This document shows, piece after piece, positions 36,010-48,073 of a stretch of DNA of 64,000 nucleotides. A program made the translations under genes and the position numbers. This stretch comes from Oikopleura dioica (lineage: Eukaryota > Animalia > Chordata), in contig OU015568.1 in NCBI GenBank assembly GCA_907165135.1, positions 2,976,001 to 3,040,000 on the forward strand, given 5' to 3'. Each line of letters opens with the position of its first letter. The stretch's first letter is position 1. The notes under the pieces are model-generated. The model saw nothing but the letters and a program-made list of their open reading frames with translations. It had not been told where the DNA came from and searched no databases.

Positions 36010-39000
36010 TTAAATATTTACAGGTTCCGACGGATGCAAAATGCTTTCACTCTTGTGATGATGAATTTTCTCCAAATTTCTCACAGGCGAATTTCGCTCA
36101 GAATCCGAGCTATTCTGCGCGGTATGGACTCCCGAGTCTTCTCGTTTTCTTTCTCGTTCGCGCTGCGAGTTGTTTGAATTATTCGAAAGTTCCTCGCTCC
36201 AGGTTTGGCAAGAGTCTTGGCGGAAATGCTGAATCGTAGCCGGTCGGTATTGATCAATTGGGTGGTTTTCTGGCGGTCCAATTTCGGAGTAGATTCGTTC
36301 CGAGGAGAGATAAGCCCGTGGTTTGGCATAGTTTGGATTGGTCAAGTTGTGGACAACTGGAATATAGCGAAATTCAGCCAATGAGGCCCGATTATCGGCG
36401 ATTAACCAGCTTTGCTCTGGAGTAGCTCCCATGTGTCCAGTTTTACAGCTTTCCATTGTTCCGCCCTCTTTACGGTTTCTTGGGCCGAATCGGCGGGACC
36501 ACCAGAGGAAGGGATTGCTGACATCTTCTGCGGAAGGTATGAAGGCAATGACCAGCATGACAGTTTTCGTCATGAAGATGAAGCAGGCGGTCCATTCGAC
36601 GGTTTTTGAGGAAGGCTGGCCGAAGGAGACAACAACGACAACTAGAAAAAAATAAGACTTTTGCTTTCTCGATTTGCTTTTTACCTGTTGACATCAAAGT
36701 CATAACAAGAAAAGGCAGCATCTTCGCCGCAACGACCCGAACTGGTGAGTCAACACAAAGTGATTGCAAAAACCAAGACATTGAAATCAACGAAGAGACC
36801 AGGACGGGCAAAATGAGTGAGATTGTCCAAGTCCAACCGAGATGAAGCCAGCCAGAGGTATTTTGAGGGCCGAAGATTATGAAGGCAGCATAGGTTCCAA
36901 CGACGAGAATTAAGGAGGTCACAGCGGCTAGGCAAAGATATCGTTCAACGTGAAAATTTGGCGATGAAACGGGCTAAAATCTTGGGTTAAAGAGGTAGAG
37001 AAAGGATCTGGTTACCTTGGTTCGCTGACGAAGAGAGTGAGAAATGCCAAGCAGGAACATAAACTCGAGAATGACGAAGAAGGAGAAAGCTGTATCACGG
37101 AAAATTGTGGTGTTGATTGAAACCATGCCGTAGTCGGGCGTGAGAATCAAGCTCAAATCGCAGAACAGTACCGATAGAACTGTAAGCAATCTGAGAATCC
37201 CGGGGTAAAGGAGATTCTCGACTCTAGAAATTTCATGAAAAAGGCTTGATAATATTGATTTTTACCTTGAAATAGCGATGATAAAGAGCAAAACACTGAC
37301 AATAATCGTCGAGAACAGTGTCGCGATGTAAAAGGCACTAAAAAGCGGGCTCTGGCTTTGCTCCTCGATTCTGATGAACATCGCTTGTGGGCACAAGTCG
37401 CAGAAGACACAAGCAGTCCACTCTTCCTGAATGAGGACTTCGCATTTGGCGCCTGCTGATAAGTTGCCGCGGTCGGTGGAATCGAATTGCCGGTAAATCT
37501 GCTCTCCGCAGCGCTGAGGACTGATTTCGAGGAGAGAAGATGATGAAAAGGCAAGGTACAGAAATTGTTCGGAATTGAGGAGTGAGCGGCAGTGGAGCTC
37601 TTCGAAGAGATTCAAGGCGGAGTCGGAGATGTCCTGTTTGCTTGAAGTCATCACTTGAGCGACTTCTTTGACCAGTTTTGTGGCAGCGGCTTTTTGAAGA
37701 GACGGGATTTCAGCTTGGACGCGTTGGAGAACCAAGGAATGGTTATTTCCTCGCCAGAGCGATTCGATCTCGTCGGACCAAGGGTAAGTTTTTTGGATTT
37801 CTTTTTGAATCTCGCGACATTCGGAGAAATCAGGGCCATCTAATGACCAAGTTCCACGATCACACCAGTACGTAGCCGAGCCTGATCCATTAGGACAGGG
37901 GACGGAGGCGAGAGTAAGCTGTTCGGTTTCAGGGAAGGAGTAGGATGAGATGACGGTATCGGGGCAGAACTTGCTTGTGCTGCTGTATGAAGATTTGGGG
38001 TCATCTAAATTTAGGTTTATTGTAAGAGTAATTGATGTTATTTATGTGTCTAGACTGAAATTTTAGAGGAGGCTGCTGTTAGTTTTTATGAACGCGATTC
38101 AGGTGTATATCAAATAAAAAATCATAGTTGGAGTAATACTTCTGGTAGTTCTGGTTCTTATTTCGTCAATTTTCTCGAGAAATTGTGAAGAAACGTTAAA
38201 CTGTCCCGAGATTAGTATCAACAAATCGCAGCTCTAGAATGTATCATTTCTACATTTAAGGCTCAAATTTTGAGTAGATTGACATGTGAGTTCTTAGACC
38301 ACATGAGATTTGTTTGGCTTAGTGCCGCACTCATTTTTAGCATGTTACGATCTTCGAAAGTTTTTTTTCGAATTTTTACCTAAAGTGATGAGTTCTTCAG
38401 TAGTCATTTTTTCTGTTGTCGACTTCGTCGATTTCGTTGTGGTCGTTGTTGTGGTTGTAGTCGTGGTTGTAGTGGTAATAGAATCGGAGAATTCAAGCTC
38501 GATTTTGCGGATCATCTGGCCATCGGACATTGATAGGCTCCCGCTTGGATTGTAAGAAACTAATCCACTGATGTCAAAAACCGCTGACTCATCGAAATCC
38601 AAAAGTTCTGTCGTTTTGAAATTTACTGCTCCGGTCAATTTGCCATTTTTGAGAACATAGAGGACATCTCCAATGATCAGCGTAGTAGGCTGATCCTCTG
38701 TTTTGCGCTTTCGGGAAGAATTCAAATTGACCTCCCAGCGATCGGAAATGCGCAGCTTTCCTTCAGTGGAGAATTGGAGAATGCGGAAGCGACTCTCAGA
38801 ACGCCCAAGCCGGATGACCCCGAAGAGGCCTGTTTCGGATGTCATCAGGTCCAGGGATGGATTGAAGAGGTCTGAGGAGGAGGAGATTTCTTCGGAGAGA
38901 TCGATGGTGTCAACCTGAATGATAAATTCTAAGTAATCTAAAGAGATAATTGATAAGTAATAATGATAAGGTAATGAGTGAAGTTTGACTACAATTGACA

Positions 39001-42000
39001 CAGATCCTGATGCTTCATTTTTGAAATCATCTTTATTTAATCGGTATCGTATGCTTTCTCTTCTTTGGAGAAAATGATTACGGTCTTTACCTGAGAAAGC
39101 TGACTGGTCGAGTATTTGATCATCTTCGAACTGGTAAGATAATAAATATTCCTGTCCCACGTCGCGAACTTAGCATCAAGGGCCGGCACTTAAAAATAAG
39201 TTTATTCTAGCTGTCTGATGCAACACTCTTCTAGTCATAAATAAATCTCCTTTCTCACCTGTTAGCGAAAACGAAGGACGTAGGGATTTGAAATTTGCTT
39301 CACGAAATTCGTTGAAGGAGGCGAATTCGTAAAGCTCGGTGGTGCGACTTGTGTCGAATTTGAGGAAATAAATAGAGCTGGAAATTGGGTCTTCTGACCA
39401 TGTTCCTGGAGCTGGGACGGAGAATTCGACGGAGCGGGATGGGAGGAAGTACTTTTTCGGCTCATCGAATACTGAAAAAGTTTTTTTAAAGAAAAATTTC
39501 GGTTTTTCATTTTTCACGATTTTCAAGATGATTTTTTATCCCAATTAGCATCAAACAGCTTAAAATTTTTTGTAATTTTGCTTGCGGTCGTAGATGAATT
39601 TCATCCCCATGAGAAAAGAAGGCACGAACTAAAATAGGGAAGTAATAAGCTAGGAAGTGACAAAAAAGGAAGTGCATTTTCTGAAGACCAATAAGATCTC
39701 TGCATTTGGCCTACCGGCCAATGAAAACCCATTTCAAAAAAATCACTTCCTTTTTTGTCACTTCCTAGCTTATTACTTCCTTATTTTGGTTCGGCCCGAA
39801 AAGAACCTCCCTTTTTTTTCTCCGCTGCGGTTAGCTTACCACAGGAATCTCTCGGAACCCTTCTGAGCTCAAAGAGAGTGAATTCTGAAACTACAATGAA
39901 GAAAAAAAGGGTTGAAAATGCGCCAAGAAAAAAGATTATGGGCGGCAGAAATGCAACCAAAAAATGTGTCAAAGAGGACTGACAAATATTTACAAACATT
40001 CTTTTTTTTTGTTCGTTAGAAGAATTTGTTCAGTGATTTTTTGTCATAATCGTTCGTTCAAAAAATAGTTGTAACTGGGTATCCAGGATACCGTATCCTA
40101 AAATAGGATGGGTATTCTGGAGATTTTTATTAAGTCCCTGAAACAACTCAATTTTTTTTTCTAAAAACTTTTTATAAAGGAGATCATTATGGTTCCTCTT
40201 TTTTCCTTGAAAATGAGAATCTTTCCACCGGCCGAATCTGACAGGTCTTTTCCTTTCATCTGACATTTGTAAACATCTAAGATCAAAAAAATGCGCCAGG
40301 GCGGAAGCGCCTTGAGGATATCAATTGAGAAGTGAGTAAATTTGGAAAGAAGTTTGCGAGTGTCAGGCGACGCCCTTAGATCGCCAAAACCGACGTCAGG
40401 GTACACTGGTACTTGTAAATATTTACAGATTGTCAGCTACAACTTATCTTAGTCAAGAGGAAAGAAGGGAAGGAGGGTGATTTTTCTTGGCATGAATCAC
40501 AAAGTGACCTTGGAAGAAATTAAGGGAGTGAGTATGCAAAAACTCGATCTGCAATTTCTTGAAGATTAAGGCCGTGAAACCCTTAAGGGGGTGGTGGTCG
40601 AGAATATTTTTCTCGACTTTTTGAAATTTTGATTTTATTTTTGAATTCCTCGATAAAAAGGAACATTTTTGGTCCCTACCATTTTTTGATTAGATAAACT
40701 TTAATTAAGAAAATATCGATTTTAAGTCGGGAATTTACGATTTTTCGTAACTTTGAAATTTGATTTTCTGTACTAAAACCGATACTAACATGATTTTTAC
40801 TGCGTGATATTGTTAAAATAAAAGATTTTACAAATAAAAAAGGCAATAATTGAGAAAAGTTGTGATTTTTTCGAAGATTAAAGTTCAAATTGGGTGAAAA
40901 ATGATGATTTTTAAGAAAACTAGACTTTTTAAATCAGCTTCTGCGACCTCAAAATGAAACAGAATCTTTCTAAAACTATTTTCGCCACACGCCTAAGGGT
41001 CTGAACTATCTTCACAATAAAGTCAATTTCGAAAAAAATTTAAGGGTTTCCTCACAATTTTGTCAAGAGATAGGTCCACTTTAGATGCATATTTTGACCT
41101 TTTTTCGAAAAAAAAATTTTTTTAAACTATGTCGCCCACATAATTTGAACCCTTTTAAACCCATTTTCGATGAGAAAAGAAAAAATTTTTTTGAAAAATT
41201 TTGAGCTAATTTTGTTGAAAAAAAATCCGATTCTCGACCACCACCCCCTTAAGTTGATGATTGAAAAGAAGGAAAAATGTCTTTTTCTTGGGTAAAATTG
41301 CAAATTCTAGTGCTAAAAGGGATCATTTTCGGCGAAATAAAAATTGCTTAGCTTACAATTTCCAAGCAATAAGGGTATCTGCTCCCTATCTCGAGCAATA
41401 TTATTGCTACACAAGCTTAACATAAGAGTATCTTCGGATATCTCCGTGATTTCAAAATAAGCACTGATAAGGGGCGCATCACACAAGGCGCGGTCCCCCG
41501 CCGAGAAAGAAAGAAAATCCGCGAGAGGTGGCTGCTTCTTATCATCGTTCCTTATCAGAAGAAAACTCTTCTGTATACAACCGAGTCGTTTATTCCGTAT
41601 TCAAGAAGCAAAGAAAAAACACTTATTTGGAGAAGGGCCAACGGAGGGATAAATTTTCAGCGCGGGGAGAAACGCATCCGGATTAAGGTGTATTCCGAGT
41701 ATGCTACCGGAGATACTCTAGTGAGCTCATATCGTGGAGAAGGATGTTTGGGATGAAATTAAAATTGAACAATAGAGTTAAAGAACGGAGGTTTGTGTTC
41801 GTCAAAAATAGATTATTTTGCTTGGAAAATCGAGTATTTTACAGAAAAAATAAAAAAACAAGGGTGTTCAAAATTAAAAGAAAACGGCTTTTGATTGGCG
41901 CAAATAAAATTTTAGGCGATTTTATTGGTGAAACCCGAGATTTACTTAAATTTCGTGACTTTTCTTAGTATATAATTTTCAAAAAAGGTCAGATAAACTT

Positions 42001-45000
42001 TTGATTTCATTTTTCAAGAAAAATATAGACAGTCAGCTCTGACCTAAAATCATTTAGAAATTACTCTAAGACCGACTTAACTCAATTGGTCAATTTGTTA
42101 TTTCCATCATTTTTCAAGAAATACTCCATTTAATCCAATTGCTCAAATTTGTTATTATCAATTTTGTTATTCGGAATAATCCACATTCTCCATTTTGTTT
42201 TTGCACATTACATGTATCTTATTTTGTATCTTGCGAAAAAGGTGTTATTTTTTATCACAATATAAAATACGGAAGGTAGAAAAGAAGCCGGAAAAAGCGG
42301 GTTTTTCTGGGCCGCAGTCCAAAAGGTCATGTGGCGCAAATTGTTATAAGATTAGTATTTTCAGGCGGAAATTAATTTATTGCGCCCGGCTATTTATCCT
42401 CCAACACCACGTGCTTCGATACAATTTGGGATTCAATTAAAGCTGCTTTCAAAAAACTCGAAAAAATCTTGTGAAGCAAGGGGTTTTCAAAGTTTTCTGG
42501 AGCAAACCAAAACACTCAATGTTTGTGGTCAGCAATGAAGAAGCAAAAAAGCGTTCCCAGAGAAGTTTTGAAAAAAAGTGTTCGGGTCGGATGAGACCGG
42601 CTTGGGATTCAGGAGGAACTGTTCCAAATGAATTTATCTTTTTCGAATCCTAGAATCTTTTCGAAAATCGAATTTCGAAGCTGTGGATGCCGCACCTCAC
42701 GCTGCGGTTTTTTGATAATTTACTGTATAAAACAACTTTTATCTGAGCGAAAAAAGACCTGTGCAGAAACCTGAGTCAGGGTCCTAAGAAACCCCTCTTA
42801 GACCCTGACTCAGGTTTCTTCACAGGTTTTCTGTAAAAACTGAAGGGAGAAAAATGTGAAAATTCTGCGGTTGTAGCTTCTTATCACTCGAATTCCGGTC
42901 GGAATCCTCGCGCCCTACAATTTTCCCGCCAGAATATTTTCTTATCACAACATTTTTTTCTTCAAAAAACATCAGCGTAGCTGCATGAAATTACATCCTG
43001 GCGCCGAGCAAAAAGTGATAAAGCAAAGAGCACCTGCTGTGAATTTGATAAGGAACGCTAATTGCAAGCTCTTTTTCTTTCGGTACTTACAGTGTTTGAC
43101 GCATTCGAAATCGACTTGAAGATATTTTGAAGTCTCTGGACAAGGGTCTTCGAAAACGGACATGTCGACTGGTAATCGGCAGGTTTCGCGATTGTTGCAT
43201 CTGAAATTAAAAATTATGATTTCCGAGAAAAATGAACTAAAATTTTGGAGAAGTCTGATTTCCAAATGTTCTGGTGATAGGGGAAAATGAACAAGAGGCC
43301 AAAATAAGATATGAACTCGTGAAAAGGGATGAAGCCGCCTTATGGTGATAAAATAAGTGCAGATAAACCCACTTGCAGATATTTGGAAGTTTTGTTGTAA
43401 TCCGGGATTCTAGTGTTTCAGAAAGCGAAATTTACTGGCTAAACGACCGTCGGATGTCTCAAGGTCATAATCTATATTTTCAAATTTGATCATTTGATCC
43501 AATGAAAGAAAATCTGTGTTATCAAATTTTATCATAGTATTATGGTTTTCCATTATCCCCTCTAATTTCAACAATGAGGCGGGAACCACATGAAAAAGAC
43601 GTGTTTCCCCGTTATAATGAATTGCAAGTCAAGAAGCCCCACACTCAAGAATCCCTCTCGCCGCTTCCTCCCTTTTTCTTTATTCCGCGAAAAATGCAAA
43701 ATCAAGAGTCCGAAAATGTAACACACAAAGAGCACTCGAAAGAGCGTTTTGTTTTCGATTGCTTCTTTCAAATTGTGTTGCATGAATTCAAAACCGGTAG
43801 AGAGCGTTTTTCTTTTTGTTCTAGCGCTAATTGCATAAAAAGAAGAAAAGGAAAGAGAGGTGCTCAAGGGTTGAAAACTTTTCAAAGGGACCCGACCGCG
43901 TTAATCACCGCAAAAGAGATCAGCATACTCCGTGCATTGCGCGTCAAAATTCTAGAGCCAGATCGTTTTTTGACGAAAATGATAGTTTTCGAATTGCCTT
44001 ACTGGCTTTGATATTTACGAAAATTACTGTAGAAAACTTCTTCCTTAGAGCAAGGTGATCTGATTTTCACTTGACTCGAGTTATTGAACAAACTCGCCTG
44101 GCGAAGTGCCCTGCCAAGTGTTCGTGTAATAACACCCTCCAATATGCATAATGATTAAATACAGCTCCAAGTGGTTCATCTTATCAAAGCTGCCATAAGG
44201 TCAAGCACGCGTTTTCACATGCCCGCTCCTTAATCTGTACTTTCATCAATTTCAATTTTCGCTAACATGAGAAAAAAATCTCAAAGTAATTTCACGGCTT
44301 TGAAAATTTTTCAAGCATCATTTTTGCTTTAACTCGACCATATGGACTGGAATGAATCGTTCTTAAAATTTGAAAAGTGACCGCGGTGAGTTGAGCACCA
44401 CCGCCATTGCTGCATGTGCAGAAATCAATCCTCAACTCTCAGCTGCTAGCAGGGCAAAAATTGCGGGTTTCTTGCAAAAGGAATACTGTCTAAAACGTGA
44501 GCTAGAGCTTTTTCATCATTAAGGGTGTCAAAGTCAATGAAAATAAAATACGCCTGTTTCCAAGATTTTCGAGTCGAAAATTCCGACAAGAATATCTCCA
44601 TATCAAAGCTTGAATCCAATCTCCCGATTCCCGAAAATCGTTCTTGAAGTTGATATTTACCCCAAATCACCCCTCCCTATCCCCTTAACCCAATTTCCTG
44701 CCCCCCGTTTGAACCTGAACCCAATTTGGCTCACCCTTTCGCAAATCGCGTTGATCCGCGCCGCGGTGCAAAATACCAGCTTGTTGCCGGATCTGTACAC
44801 CTCGCGGGATATAATAATTATGGGCTTATGCTTTTGTGTTCGATATTTTTCTTGGCGCTAGAATGGAGATGCTATAATCGGGGTTGAGGGCAACGGCTAG
44901 AAATTGCATAAACTAACGAACACGTGGTCGGAAAAGCTGCGTAAAGAGGTTAAGTTTTAAACTTATAACTTTGCAGGTTGCCAATTAAGGGTGTCCCTGA

Positions 45001-47551
45001 TTCAAAAAACATGATTTTCTCCTTATTTTCAAGCATTTTTTCTTACCTTTTTTGAACCTCTTCCAGCGGATTGCTTTCACAGTTCTTATTCTTAATTTCT
45101 GACGGATGCGCAGCACAAATATTAAGGTCCTTTCTTCCATAAAACGTTTTTTTCACGCTGACTACATCTCCCCTAAATAGAATATTTACCGGTTTGAAAC
45201 CCAATCTTTCCAGAAAAGGAAAAGAGAATGGCGCGTATAATAGTCTTAAAAATGTGAAAACGATACTCACGTGGGACAGGCGATCAGGACTTCGTTGTCT
45301 TGGCATCCTTTAACCTGGCGACTTGAAGGCGGCTCTTCGAAGATCCAGTTCCAGCCTGAACGAATTAGAGTTAATTTCAAATAGAAATCGCTTCGGGAAA
45401 GTACTGCAGTTTCAACTTAACCCAACGCTGCAAAAGCGCCAAAAAAGTGGCCGAGATTCTTATGACTGCTTATGATAATGTCAAAGTCTTGCTGCTCCCG
45501 ATTCTGAGCAAATGAAAAACTTTTATTGAATGCGTTATTTATGATAGACTTTATTCTGGCGTTTTCCTGGCGCCAAGAAGTTGTTGTTTGAGGATCCGGA
45601 AGAGTAAATTGGGCAATTGAATTATTTCTTCGTTCAAAGTGGAAATGAAAGAAGGCGGAAAATGGCAATTTTACCGGCGGAGAACAAAGAGTGCTTGAAT
45701 AGACATTTCTAGATTTTTTTTTTGCAAAAATGATAACTAATAAAATACTTTTTATACTAAGCTTTTTCACTCTTCTATCCAATGAACAACTCATTACTCC
45801 TAACATTTAAGCATAGTCTTTAGGTCGTCGTAAAAATAACCAACTTGCTATAATATCAATTTGACAAATCCTGATAAATGCGGTCTCCTGTCAGCTGAAT
45901 CATCCCTTATTCCATCCCCAGCGCCCCGTAGGTCAACGATTTTCGTTCAACCCTTTTTCCCTCAAAATGCAAATTCTACCAGGTGCCTTTCTCCCGTTGA
46001 CTTGCGCTGTCAGCAGCGAAATTACTCGAAAATTATATTCGCTTTTTTTCGTTTAGTTGAGCATTCAGTTAGCTCAATTAAATCTGACTAGAAATGATGC
46101 TCTCCCCCAAAAGCTAGGTTAATTAAACTTATGACAAGGTGCTTTCTTGTGAGTCTTGCCTCGGGCGAGTGGCCAAAAGAGCGAGGCCCCGTGCTGCAAA
46201 TTATTGAAGCAACAACGTTCTATGACAACAGAATTTTAAGTCTGTAAGCGAGCATTAATGATTCAGTGAACCTGCGCAATTCTGCCTCAGAGAAAACTGA
46301 CGGACTCAAAAACCTCTGCTAATTCTGTCACTTTCACTGTAATAAGAATGCTTCTTTACAGTAACTTTGAAAGAAAAAAGTCAACTGGACCCTGACCGGT
46401 ATTTTTGAAGAGCTTTGGTCGTCATTCTCAAAAATGAGACAGTAATTGTTTGGAAACTATCAACCACTCTTTTTTCCAATTTTTTAGCTCTCCCGGAAGT
46501 CCGCTTTTTCTCTTCCTCGACAGCCGGAGACAGCCTATGTCTTTCCGCGGCTAATTTTTTACTATTTGACCTCGACTTTTGACTTAGTAAATTTACTAAT
46601 TTTTGGCATTGATCCCATGAGCCAAGGCGGCGAAGAAAGGGTATTATTGCATTGAATCTCATTACTGAATTAAGAAAAATCAGATGGCGCGGCTCATTAA
46701 ATTTGCATTTCCTATTTTTTCGAAGTCAATTGAAGGACCCTCTTTCGAAAATAGCCTCAAATGGAACAAAAGGGTTCTATTTTCTAATGACCTTAATTAG
46801 ATATAAGGGCAAAGACAGAATAAAGACTGAGCTCGGCAAACTGTGTAGAAAACCTGAGTCAGGGTTCTAGCTGTGTTAAGACCTGACTCAGGCTTTCACA
46901 AAAGTTGCCGAGAAATAACGAAAGAAAAAAACGCCGGCATTTGTGTATGATTTTGAAAAACAACGGTTTTTGAAGCGGGCGCTTCTTCCGGCTCCGTGCA
47001 TATTTCCTCAAATAATTTCTGGCTCCACAAAGAGAGAGCCCCAGCCAAACTTAAATATGTCCGGCTCGCGGGTTTGCGATTTGTTCAAATCTTTACATTT
47101 AACTTTTTGTTAACCTTTTTGTGAAAATGATATTGGGCTGATTTTGTGCCAAGGGTCCCCCCTGCGACCGGAAAACCATCACTCGCTCGGCTTCAAAAGG
47201 TCTGGGGCATATGTCCCTGTAGGGGTCCTTATGATCGATTTTTCGCGCTCCTTAAGGTCGCACAGGCTCGACGATAAGGATCAGATAAACAGACTGGCTG
47301 ATGGATAGAGTGGGCCGCGTTGCGTTAAACGAGGTGGCTATTACACCACCACAAAGCGGAGGTTTACATTTGGAATGACAGGGGATGATTTTCAGCCCGC
47401 GCAACGTGCGATTTTCCGACATTTATGATCTATTTACACAAAATTTGAGGCTTAAATTTAACATGACTACACAGAAATCCACAGAGAGGCTATTTCAAAT
47501 GAGTACTGTACCTTGTGACTGTGCCAGTAACGAGAGGAGAATCTTCTTCAT
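36010..47551 (-). CDS. ADGRL: Latrophilin/Cirl-type adhesion GPCR: signal, RBL lectin, olfactomedin, Thr-rich linker, HRM, short GAIN-like region, 7TM
   Basis: Phase-compatible exons: 47551-47512 MKKILLSLLAQSQ; 45355-45271 GCQDNEVLIACP; 45172-45047 FYGRKDLNIC...VQKR; 43200-43091 CNNRETC...DPCPETSKYLQVDFEC. Then olfactomedin GTWSEDP..IYF (about 39470), poly-Thr (38410-38480), HRM FCPD..FPET..PCPNGSGSATYWC..GPDFSEC (about 37980-37817) and 7TM exons at 37345-36540. Confidence 0.88.
39625..39793. repeat. Inverted repeat with 50-bp arms (48/50 identical) and 69-nt spacer, in a latrophilin intron
   Basis: Arms at 39625-39674 and 39744-39793; each carries three GGAAGT/ACTTCC motifs. Confidence 0.9.
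40583..41252. mobile_element. TTAA-flanked non-autonomous element, 662 bp, 19-bp perfect TIRs (Kolobok-type termini)
   Basis: TTAA(40583-86) GGGGGTGGTGGTCGAGAAT ... ATTCTCGACCACCACCCCC TTAA(41249-52). Confidence 0.88.
42758..42830. mobile_element. CCTGAGTCAGG-family hairpin MITE, copy 5 (almost no loop)
   Basis: ACCTGTGCAGAAACCTGAGTCAGGGTCCTAAGA-aacccc-TCTTAGACCCTGACTCAGGTTTCTTCACAGGT. Confidence 0.8.
46832..46912. mobile_element. CCTGAGTCAGG-family hairpin MITE, copy 6
   Basis: CTCGGCAAACTGTGTAGAAAACCTGAGTCAGG ... CCTGACTCAGGCTTTCACAAAAGTTGCCGAG. Confidence 0.8.
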
Positions 47552-47982
47552 CCTATCGGATGTGTTTATTTATTTGCTGGAAGCGAGTGGTCCATTCATC
47601 CGGAAATCGTGAATATCTGAACAGACGATATCAAAATTCATGAATCTTTAATCCGAGCATAATATATTTGTGGTCTTTATTGATTCGATGATTCCGTTAA
47701 TTCTTCGCATTTTTGATTCAATTTTATTTTTTTTTCCAAAACCTTCTTTTTTTATCACGAAATGTCATCGGACAGACACTTACGGAGCCCCCTTCGCTTA
47801 TCGAACACGTCATTTACAAACTACTGTCGAGCGCTGACAGTTTTTTTCCCTTATCCATCATCAACTGCGTTTTTCTTGCTTTTCTATCGAACCCTTCACC
47901 GCAGGTCAAGGGTCAAGTGTCAGAAAGATAAGGTTTTTTTATACATTTTTCTTTAATCTTTTCGCCTAAAAATGTAAAATTT

Positions 47983-48073
47983 GGCTCGGAAATATGAATA
48001 GAAACCTGACTCAGGCTCAAACGCGGCTTATTGTTGAAACCCTGACTCAGGTTTCTACACAGGTTTTCGAGCC
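47983..48073. mobile_element. CCTGAGTCAGG-family hairpin MITE, copy 7, upstream of latrophilin
   Basis: GGCTCGGAAATATGAATAGAAACCTGACTCAGG ... CCCTGACTCAGGTTTCTACACAGGTTTTCGAGCC. Confidence 0.8.

Noticed and set aside
43370-43390. Second TSKYLQV-encoding stretch upstream of the lectin exon
   Set aside because: The lectin domain is already complete with the 45355, 45172 and 43200 exons; there is no flanking homology, so it is probably chance or a tiny remnant.
44446-44670. 74-aa minus-strand ORF in a latrophilin intron
   Set aside because: No family motif or compatible splice phases found.
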